A DNA stretch of 64,000 nt. It comes from Endomicrobiales bacterium. GTDB taxonomy: Bacteria; Elusimicrobiota; Endomicrobiia; Endomicrobiales; JALOBY01. The notes beneath the pieces were generated by a model that was not told the origin of the DNA, ran no database searches, and worked only from the letters and a program-made list of their open reading frames with translations. The DNA is taken from NCBI GenBank assembly GCA_023228045.1, contig JALOBY010000001.1:32966-96965 (forward strand), read 5' to 3'. Shown in pieces: positions 57,314-64,000 of this stretch (position 1 is the stretch's first letter; every line of letters begins with the position of its first letter). The position numbers and the translations under genes are program-made.

Positions 57314-58825
57314 TTACAAACTTTTGCCCGTTTTGCGCAAACTTTCTAAACCTAACTTTGCAACTTCAAAATCACTAAAATGAATTTTATTATTGCCAAC
57401 TATCTGATAGGTTTCATGCCCTTTGCCCGCAAGTAAAACAACATCACCACTTGCAGCCATTGATAATGCCTCTAAAATTGCATCTTTTCTATCAAGCACA
57501 ACCTTATAATTTTCTCTCTTTGTTCTTTTTATGCCAACCTCAATATCAAGGGCGATATTGCGCGGGTCTTCACTTCTTGGGTTATCCGATGTAACAATTA
57601 CATAGTCACTAAGTTCTGTTGCAACGGCTCCCATTATTGGCCTTTTAGTTCTATCCCTGTCACCACCACAACCAAAAACAGTTATAAGTTTACCGCTTGT
57701 TAATGGTTTTAACGATGTTAAAACATTCTTTAAGGCATCATCGGTATGGGCATAATCTACCACAACATTAAATGCCTGGCCGAGATCCACTTTTTCCAAC
57801 CTTCCCGGGACAGAATTTAAACCCTCTAAGCCGCGCTTAACATTTTCAATAGATATTCCATTGTATAATGCAGAAGCCGCAGCTGCTAAAGCATTATAAA
57901 TATTGTGCTCGCCTATAAAATTTAAAATAACCGGTAATGTTCCAAAATCGCTTTTAAGCAAAAATGATGCATGTTTAGCACTTTTAATTATTTCCTGAGC
58001 ACTAACTAAGGCGTTATTTTTTATGCCATAGGTAACTTTTTGCGCACTGGGATCAACAACATCTAACATTTTTTTGCCATATGGGTCATCTATATTAATA
58101 ACAGCAATCTTTTTTTTGTTTTTTCTTTTTTGCACAAGACCTGAAAATAGTTTGGCCTTTGCGTAAAAATAATCATCCATTGTTTTATGAAAATCTAAAT
58201 GATCGCGCGTAAGGTTTGTAAAAATAGCTGTATCAAACTCTATTCCATTAACTCTGCCAAGAGATAATGCGTGAGAAGATACTTCAATTACAGCGGCAAC
58301 CTGATGTTCACTAACCATTTTTGCAAGAATTTCATAAAGCTCTGCTGCTTGTGGCGTTGTATTTGGCGAATCGAATGTTTTTTTTGCGTATCGGTAATTC
58401 ACAGTACCCACAACCCCTGTGGATAAGTCAGAAACATTAAGGATAGATTCCAGAAAATAGGTAATTGTGGTTTTACCATTTGTTCCGGTAACTCCAAAAA
58501 GCAAAAGCTGGCTATCCGGGTAGTTATAAAATTTTGCGGCAACCTCAGAAATTACTTCTGATGGCTCAGCTAAAAAAAGTGCGCATGACAAATCGTGTAA
58601 GTATTGCGCGCTTACAACAACACAGGCACCAGAATTAATTGCCTGATCAATGTAATTGTTCCCATCAACATGCATACCTTTGATAGCAAAAAAAATAAAA
58701 CCGTCTTTAACTTTTCGTGAGTCAACTGCAATGCCTTTAACATCAACATCGCCATTGCCATACAAAATACCGTTAGAGCCGGAAAGCAAATCTTTTAGTT
58801 TCACTTTATTCCTTTTTAGAAGCAA
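57314..58825 (-). CDS. murE: UDP-N-acetylmuramoyl-L-alanyl-D-glutamate--2,6-diaminopimelate ligase
   Basis: VTGTNGKTT, DYAHTDDAL and a DNPR-like motif (TSDNPRSEDP). Confidence 0.9.
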   Translation of the reverse strand: MLLKRNKVKLKDLLSGSNGILYGNGDVDVKGIAVDSRKVKDGFIFFAIKGMHVDGNNYIDQAINSGACVVVSAQYLHDLSCALFLAEPSEVISEVAAKFYNYPDSQLLLFGVTGTNGKTTITYFLESILNVSDLSTGVVGTVNYRYAKKTFDSPNTTPQAAELYEILAKMVSEHQVAAVIEVSSHALSLGRVNGIEFDTAIFTNLTRDHLDFHKTMDDYFYAKAKLFSGLVQKRKNKKKIAVINIDDPYGKKMLDVVDPSAQKVTYGIKNNALVSAQEIIKSAKHASFLLKSDFGTLPVILNFIGEHNIYNALAAAASALYNGISIENVKRGLEGLNSVPGRLEKVDLGQAFNVVVDYAHTDDALKNVLTSLKPLTSGKLITVFGCGGDRDRTKRPIMGAVATELSDYVIVTSDNPRSEDPRNIALDIEVGIKRTKRENYKVVLDRKDAILEALSMAASGDVVLLAGKGHETYQIVGNNKIHFSDFEVAKLGLESLRKTGKSL

Positions 58826-60521
58826 GGTCTACAACATCGTCGGGATCTATGCGCATATGTCGCACGGCACGGCTTGCCACATTGCAAAAAACAGGAGCGG
58901 CAATTGAAGAACCCCAATAATCTCCTTTTGGCTCATCTAAAATTACAAGTATTGTAAACCTTGGATTTGATAGAGGAATTACCCCACAAAATGAAGCAAC
59001 ATACTTGCTTGTTGAATATTTATTTGTTAATTGATCATATTTTTGGGCTGTACCTGTTTTACCACCAACCGAATAACCCAAAACCTTTGCGGCTTTGCCA
59101 GTACCATTTTCAACAACTTTTTTTAATATATCCTTTAAATCGTCTGAAACTTCTTTTGGGATAACATTTCTTACAAAGTTATTTTCATTGTCTTGAACTA
59201 TTGTTCCATCGGCAAATTTAATTTGCTTAATAATTTGGGGCGCAAAAAGCATACCACCATTAACTATGCAAGAGTAAGCACTTAGTATTTGTATAGGAGT
59301 AACACTTATACCTTGCCCAAAAGAAATGTTTGGAAGAGAAAGACCTGTCCATTTTTCTGGTGGAGCAAGTATTCCCTTAGCTTCTCCTGAAATATTTATA
59401 CCGGTTTTACAATAAAATCCAAACTCACGGATAGTGTTGTATAAATTATTTTTTCCAATTTTCTGTCCAATTTTTGCTGCACCAATATTAGATGAGTATT
59501 CTATTACCTCATCAAATGTTAGTACACCTCTTTTTTCGTGGTCCCTAATTTTCTTACCATATAATTCATATACACCATTTTCACAATCAAACTTATCTGC
59601 GCGAGATACCGTTTTACTTTTAAGCGCTGCGGCGGCTGTTACAAGCTTAAATGTTGAACCTGGCTCATATGTATCGCAAACAACTGGATTCCTAAGGACA
59701 CTTATATCTTCAACTGTGGCTGAAGGGTCAAAATTCGGCCTGCAAGCCATAGCAAGTATCTCTCCGTTTGAAGGATCTTGTATAATAACTAATCCCTTTT
59801 TTGCATTGGTTAAAATAAAAATTTTATCAATTTCTTGCTCAGCAATATACTGCAATTTTTTATCAATTGTAAGGTAAACATCGGCCCCAGCAAGTTTATC
59901 TTTATCAATTATTTTTTCAGGAAGAAGCCTGCCTCTTGCATCAACCATGTACTTGTTAACTAAATTGTTTCCACGCAAGTCACTGTCTTTGTTAAGTTCA
60001 ACACCTTCAATGCCTGTTAAATCGTCTTTCCGAACTGTGCCTATAATATGACAAGCGGTGCGCCCTTCAGGGTAACTTCTATTAAAGTTTTCGTTAAAAC
60101 CAATACCTTTAACGTTAAGTGACTTTACTTTTAATACAAATTCTTTATCTAAATTTTTTGCAATTGGAATATACCGCCTTTTTTCTTTTCCAATAAAAAA
60201 GCTTAGCTGCAAATCAACTCCAACACTTCTAAGGGCAGATATGACCTTTTTCAAATCGCCAGCATCAAGCGGGTCAATAAACATTTCATAACTTTTTGTA
60301 GTTAGCGCAAAAATGTTGCCATTTCTATCAAGAATTCTACCTCTTAAAGGCTTTTGTTCTTTGTTTTTTATAGTTTTTTCATTTACGCTGTTATCCAACC
60401 TTTCGTGATTCCAAACCTGTAATTGGAAAAGACGCGCAGCCAATAAAACAAAAAACAAAAAACAACATGCCATCACGAAAGTTGGCAACTTATGATTTAA
60501 ATTATTATTATTTTTATTCAA
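58806..60521 (-). CDS. ftsI: penicillin-binding protein (FtsI/PBP3-type transpeptidase)
   Basis: PGSTFK (SxxK), SSN and KTGTA motifs. N-terminal TM anchor. Confidence 0.85.
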   Translation of the reverse strand: MNKNNNNLNHKLPTFVMACCFLFFVLLAARLFQLQVWNHERLDNSVNEKTIKNKEQKPLRGRILDRNGNIFALTTKSYEMFIDPLDAGDLKKVISALRSVGVDLQLSFFIGKEKRRYIPIAKNLDKEFVLKVKSLNVKGIGFNENFNRSYPEGRTACHIIGTVRKDDLTGIEGVELNKDSDLRGNNLVNKYMVDARGRLLPEKIIDKDKLAGADVYLTIDKKLQYIAEQEIDKIFILTNAKKGLVIIQDPSNGEILAMACRPNFDPSATVEDISVLRNPVVCDTYEPGSTFKLVTAAAALKSKTVSRADKFDCENGVYELYGKKIRDHEKRGVLTFDEVIEYSSNIGAAKIGQKIGKNNLYNTIREFGFYCKTGINISGEAKGILAPPEKWTGLSLPNISFGQGISVTPIQILSAYSCIVNGGMLFAPQIIKQIKFADGTIVQDNENNFVRNVIPKEVSDDLKDILKKVVENGTGKAAKVLGYSVGGKTGTAQKYDQLTNKYSTSKYVASFCGVIPLSNPRFTILVILDEPKGDYWGSSIAAPVFCNVASRAVRHMRIDPDDVVDLASKKE

Positions 60522-60768
60522 GGAATATCACCTGGTTTTGCTCTGGTGGAACTAATTTTTTCTCTTTTGCCACTTTTTTTAGCATATCTAATGTAGAGTA
60601 CTTTTTATTTTCAAATTGCAACTTCTCATTCTCGCAATCCAATCTTTCATCCTCAACTTGTAATTTTTTTAAGTTAATGGCAGAGCTTTTCTCTAAACTA
60701 TCTTCCAAAACTAACAAGCCAGAATATAATATTGCGACAAGTACAATAAACACAAGTTTTCTTGGCAT
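60514..60768 (-). CDS. ftsL: FtsL-like small bitopic cell-division protein
   Basis: 84 aa with a single TM plus coiled coil. Canonical position between rsmH and ftsI. Positional call only. Confidence 0.5.
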   Translation of the reverse strand: MPRKLVFIVLVAILYSGLLVLEDSLEKSSAINLKKLQVEDERLDCENEKLQFENKKYSTLDMLKKVAKEKKLVPPEQNQVIFLE

Positions 60769-60771
60769 TGT

Positions 60772-61656
60772 TTAATTTAACCTTTTAGCAGCCCTAAGTT
60801 TTGCGCTTCTGCTTCTTGAGTTAGATGCCACTTCTGCTTCTTTTGGCACAACAATTTTTTTTGTAAGAACCTCATAAACTCCATTTAATTTTTCTTGCCT
60901 GAAATTATTTTTCACAATACGATCTTCAAGTGAGTGATAAGAAATAATTACAGCTTTTGCACCAGCTTTTAAGACATCAGGTAAGGATTTAAGCACAGAT
61001 TCTAAGCTATCCAACTCACTATTTACAGCAATTCTTAATGCTTGAAAAACTTTGGTTGCCGGGTTTATATTGCCAAAACTTTTTTTTGCCTTTTGAACAA
61101 TTAAAGCAAGTTCATTTGCAGTTTCAATAGGCGCTTGCAAGCGCTTTTGTACTATGTAGCGCGCAATTTTACGCGACTCCCTTTCCTCACCAAAGCGATA
61201 AAAAACTTCTGCAAGTTGCTCGCAAGAATATAAATTGACGATATCTTTTGCAGTAAGTTTAGAACGGTTGTCCATGCGCATATCCAAAGGACCCTGCATG
61301 AAACTAAAACCCCGTGACTTATCGTCAAATTGTCTTGAAGATACACCGAGATCAAGTAAAACACCATCTAATTTTAAAACTCCTATTTTGTTAATAAGCC
61401 CTTTTAATTGCCCAAAATTCCCACGAACAAACTCTATTCTACCAGTGAAACCTGCAGTTTTAATTTTTGCCTGCTCAAGTGCAGCTTCATCGCAATCTAT
61501 ACCGATAATTTTTAGCTTCGGATATTTATTTAGCAGATAAAAACTATGCCCAGCCCCACCAAGAGTGCAATCAGCATAAAGACCACTTGTATTAGTAAGC
61601 AGATACTCTTCCACCTCATTAAGCATAACAGGAATGTGGTAGTTTTCCACTTGCAT
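60772..61656 (-). CDS. rsmH: 16S rRNA (cytosine1402-N4)-methyltransferase
   Basis: HIPVMLNE..DCTLGGAGHS..DLGVSS motifs. Confidence 0.95.
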   Translation of the reverse strand: MQVENYHIPVMLNEVEEYLLTNTSGLYADCTLGGAGHSFYLLNKYPKLKIIGIDCDEAALEQAKIKTAGFTGRIEFVRGNFGQLKGLINKIGVLKLDGVLLDLGVSSRQFDDKSRGFSFMQGPLDMRMDNRSKLTAKDIVNLYSCEQLAEVFYRFGEERESRKIARYIVQKRLQAPIETANELALIVQKAKKSFGNINPATKVFQALRIAVNSELDSLESVLKSLPDVLKAGAKAVIISYHSLEDRIVKNNFRQEKLNGVYEVLTKKIVVPKEAEVASNSRSRSAKLRAAKRLN

Positions 61657-61677
61657 TTAAGCGCCTTTTAGTTAGCT

Positions 61678-62103
61678 TTAGATTTCTAACTTATCGGACA
61701 TTTCACTAAGAGAGGTTGAAGCTTTTAAGTAATAATCTTCCCAGAGTTTTTTATCCCAAATTTCAACTCGGTTGCCTACACCAACTATTGTTGTCTCTGT
61801 GCTAAAACCCGCATATTTCACCAGTGAGGCAGGAATTAATATGCGGCCTTGTGCGTCCGGAACTACTTCATATGCTCCGGAAAACAACGCTCGTTTAAAT
61901 GCCCTTTCCTCTACTTTGCTTTGTAAAGACACTTTTTCAATTTTTTCTAAGACATTTTTCCAAGAGAGTAAGTCATAAAGAAAAAGACACTTATCAAGCC
62001 CTTGGGTAAGCACAAACTTCGCCTTTTTCCCTGTACGAAAAGCCGAGGGAATAAAAACCCTGTTTTTTGCGTCGATTAAATGCTGGTATTTACCAATATA
62101 CAT
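61678..62103 (-). CDS. mraZ: division/cell wall cluster transcriptional regulator MraZ
   Basis: Two SpoVT/AbrB-like halves (D.KNRVFIP / D.QGRILIP). First gene of the dcw cluster. Confidence 0.9.
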   Translation of the reverse strand: MYIGKYQHLIDAKNRVFIPSAFRTGKKAKFVLTQGLDKCLFLYDLLSWKNVLEKIEKVSLQSKVEERAFKRALFSGAYEVVPDAQGRILIPASLVKYAGFSTETTIVGVGNRVEIWDKKLWEDYYLKASTSLSEMSDKLEI

Positions 62104-62105
62104 AT

Positions 62106-62146
62106 ATCACCATTATTTTACACAATCCACCACTTTGCACCACTAC
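62106..62146 (-). promoter_or_regulatory. candidate MraZ operator: 10-bp-phased GTGG-core direct repeats
   Basis: Minus strand AGTGGTGCAA / AGTGGTGGAT / TGTGTAAAAT / AATGGTGATA, lying between the predicted -10 and the mraZ ATG. Confidence 0.45.
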
Positions 62147-62152
62147 GGCAGA

Positions 62153-62181
62153 ATTATATTACAACTTCTATAACTTGTCAA
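62153..62181 (-). promoter_or_regulatory. consensus sigma70 promoter of the dcw cluster (Pmra)
   Basis: Minus strand TTGACA (62181-62176) - 17 nt - TATAAT (62158-62153). Confidence 0.65.
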
Positions 62182-62211
62182 TAGGCTATTTATTTAACAA
62201 CAATTAAAAGG

Positions 62212-62252
62212 CAACAAAAAAGCGGTAGTTCTAAAATTTCAGAACCACCGCT
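62212..62252 (-). terminator. Rho-independent (bidirectional-looking) terminator after the TSUP gene
   Basis: AGCGGT-A-GTTCT-loop 8-AGAAC-C-ACCGCT. The minus strand is followed by TTTTTTGTTGCC and the plus strand by TTCTATTTTG. Confidence 0.7.
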
Positions 62253-62287
62253 TTCTATTTTGCATTATTTATATTGATATAAAAAAA

Positions 62288-62638
62288 CTATTTTGAAAAA
62301 ATCATTTGAAAAGCAACAACAAGCATTACAATACCAAAAACCTTTTTAAGAATTGCGCCATCGCTTAGCACTGCGAATTTTGCGCCTACTAAACCACCTA
62401 TCACAAAACCGATGCAAATCAACACCGCAACCGGTATATTCACATACTCTTTATTATAGTAAGTTATTGCCGCAAGTATACCTATTGGAGCAACCATTGC
62501 CGCAAGAGTAGTGCCTTGCGCCATATGCTGACTCATTTTGAAGAAATACACCAGCACCGGTATCAATAGAACACCACCGCCGATGCCTATAAAACCGCTT
62601 AAACAACCAGCAACTAAACCTAAAACAACATACCCCAT
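62288..62638 (-). CDS. TSUP (TauE/SafE) family membrane protein, half-length (about 116 aa, single 4-TM unit)
   Basis: Start moved to MGYVVLGLVAGCLSGFIGIGGGVLLIPVL. The track's 62692 start would overlap the 3' end of the RNase P RNA. Confidence 0.6.
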   Translation of the reverse strand: MGYVVLGLVAGCLSGFIGIGGGVLLIPVLVYFFKMSQHMAQGTTLAAMVAPIGILAAITYYNKEYVNIPVAVLICIGFVIGGLVGAKFAVLSDGAILKKVFGIVMLVVAFQMIFSK

Positions 62639-62674
62639 TAAAAGCAATTCTAAATCTCCCTTATAAAAAAATAA

Positions 62675-63038
62675 CTGGAGCAACCTATACACCGAATTCT
62701 GTTATACGCTTTTAAGCGCATATCAGGGCCATTTCTCTGTCGTATAGATTGCTCTATACGATCAAGCGGCTTACCTGCAGGCGGTTAAACCTGCAAACTT
62801 TGCCTTGCATCCCGGTAAGGATTTAGCCGTTTCATACCTTAAGTTACCTCAAGGCCTTTACCGCACTAGGCGGCAATCTTTTGCTTTTCAGCAAAAGCCG
62901 TTACTGTTCGCACCTCTATCCCGCTATATGCGGGACGATGGGAATTGCCCACTACCGTTTATCCCGCCTATGGCGGGATTGAAGTTCGGACTTTCCTCTT
63001 TGCGAATAAATCGCAAAGCGACCCTGCAGTTGCCCCAG
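62675..63038 (-). ncRNA. rnpB: RNase P RNA, bacterial type A
   Basis: Minus-strand reading: P1 5' CTGGGGCAAC pairs with 3' GTTGCTCCAG. It carries the universally conserved GAGGAAAGTCCG (P4 5' strand) and ACAGAATTCGGTGTA (cf. E. coli ACAGAACCCGGCUUA). GGTAAGCCGCTTGA matches E. coli GGUAGGCUGCUUGA. Several GC-clamped hairpins. About 364 nt. Confidence 0.85.
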
Positions 63039-63071
63039 ATAATATGAATACTGCAAAAATATTAATTTTAC

Positions 63072-63479
63072 CTAAAACCCTGCGCCGTCAAGCGCTTGGT
63101 TTACAAGTTTGTCAGCTTCTTTGTTTTTTTCACGCGGGATGTGGCAAATATCAAATTTTTGAAATTTTACTGTATATGTTTTCGCTGTTTTGAATAGTTC
63201 TAAGAGAGTAGTGTCTTTTACGCGGTAAACACCTATCATCTGCTTGCAAATTAGTTCTGAATCTGTAAAAACCACTACCGCACAAGGCAAGTACTTTTTA
63301 GCAAGTTCTAAACCTCTTATCAGTGCAGTGTACTCGGCAATATTGTTGGTTGCCTTTCCAATATACTCTTTATGGCTCAAAATGGCTACTTTATCTCTAT
63401 CACAAATGTAAACACCAATTCCAGCAGGACCTGGGTTTCCCCTTGCTCCACCATCCACAAAAATATTTAATATTTTCAT
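63072..63479 (-). CDS. rnhA: ribonuclease HI
   Basis: FVDGGARGNPGPAG N-terminus, NNIAEY and a C-terminal ..EKNKEADKL. 135 aa. Confidence 0.8.
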   Translation of the reverse strand: MKILNIFVDGGARGNPGPAGIGVYICDRDKVAILSHKEYIGKATNNIAEYTALIRGLELAKKYLPCAVVVFTDSELICKQMIGVYRVKDTTLLELFKTAKTYTVKFQKFDICHIPREKNKEADKLVNQALDGAGF

Positions 63480-64000
63480 TTTTTGTAAAGTATTCGAAAG
63501 CAGTTATCACACCGTACCAACGCTTGAGCTTTATGAACCTCATTGATTAATTGAGGTCTTAGGTTTATGTGACAACCGCCACAGTTTTCACCCTCAATGC
63601 AAGCAACGGCAACACCGCCTTTGCCAGAACGAATATATTCATACATTGAAAGTGTATTAGGCTCTACTTTTTGAGCTAAAATGGCTCTTTGCTGACATTT
63701 TTGCAACACATCATTTTTAAAAACATCAAGCTTTTTTGTGATATCAGTTATCTCTTGCTCAATATGCTTTTCTTTTTCTTTATATTTTTTTTCGTTTTCT
63801 TTAAGTTCTGCGCTTTTTTTCTCTGAGTCTTCCATAATTTGAAGTATCTCATCTTCTAATGCATATTTTTCTTTTTTTGCCTGTTCTATTTCTAAGATAA
63901 GAGCTTTGTAAGCATCGTTTGATTTAATGGAGTTTAACTCTCCAGAGTGTTTTTTTACCAAGCTCTCTTTTGTTTCTACATCTATTTCTTTTTCTTTGCG
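63476..64000 (-). CDS. C4-type zinc-ribbon / coiled-coil protein (DUF164-like), N-terminus outside the window
   Basis: Long coiled coil followed by C..CGGC....C.NC. The reading frame stays open to the window end (upstream codons RKEKEIDVETKES have no stop). Confidence 0.55.
   Translation of the reverse strand, partial: RKEKEIDVETKESLVKKHSGELNSIKSNDAYKALILEIEQAKKEKYALEDEILQIMEDSEKKSAELKENEKKYKEKEKHIEQEITDITKKLDVFKNDVLQKCQQRAILAQKVEPNTLSMYEYIRSGKGGVAVACIEGENCGGCHINLRPQLINEVHKAQALVRCDNCFRILYKK

Noticed and set aside
57105-57383. Plus-strand 92-aa ORF in the murE-murF spacer.
   Set aside because: Same reasoning as above: it is a read-through of the X repeat and extends antisense into murE.

Overview
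AT-rich bacterial chromosome segment in which every supportable gene (67 CDS plus one RNA gene) lies on the minus strand. The content is almost entirely housekeeping. It runs scpB/scpA-trpS, xerD, pgpA-pgsA-rimO-rodZ-like, lolA-like, ftsK, uppP, then pnp-rpsO-ribF-truB-nrnA-rbfA-infB-nusA-rimP. It continues with proS, greA, ispG-rseP-dxr-cdsA-uppS-(ferredoxin)-frr-pyrH-tsf-rpsB, rex, birA, nadC. A complete Pho block follows (phoB-phoR, porin-pstSCAB-phoU), directly after a truncated dcw cluster (mraZ-rsmH-ftsL-ftsI-murE-murF-mraY-murD). The window ends with a type-A RNase P RNA and rnhA. Outer-membrane genes (porin, LolA-like, PorV-like barrel) indicate a diderm organism. I see no prophage, CRISPR array, defence island, tRNA or rRNA. 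The signals most worth a second look are non-coding. (1) A family of GC-rich multi-hairpin elements ('L') has conserved 5' and 3' ends and abuts the start codons of three envelope genes. (2) A second family ('X') of about 160-170 nt long imperfect hairpins sits in operon-internal gaps (pyrH/frr, murE/murF), with one copy nested inside an L element. Both families run over the stop codons of upstream genes. Other notable items are a promoter that fires directly into an intrinsic terminator upstream of rimP-nusA-infB, a consensus promoter plus 10-bp-phased GTGG repeats upstream of mraZ, and an 11-bp-phased TTAACA array upstream of the Pho-linked porin. There is also a 59-codon ferredoxin gene missed by the ORF track, and a PorV-like/TPR fusion next to a FlgD-Ig/CTD-type protein. 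All assignments come from reading the translations and sequence by eye; no database search was run.
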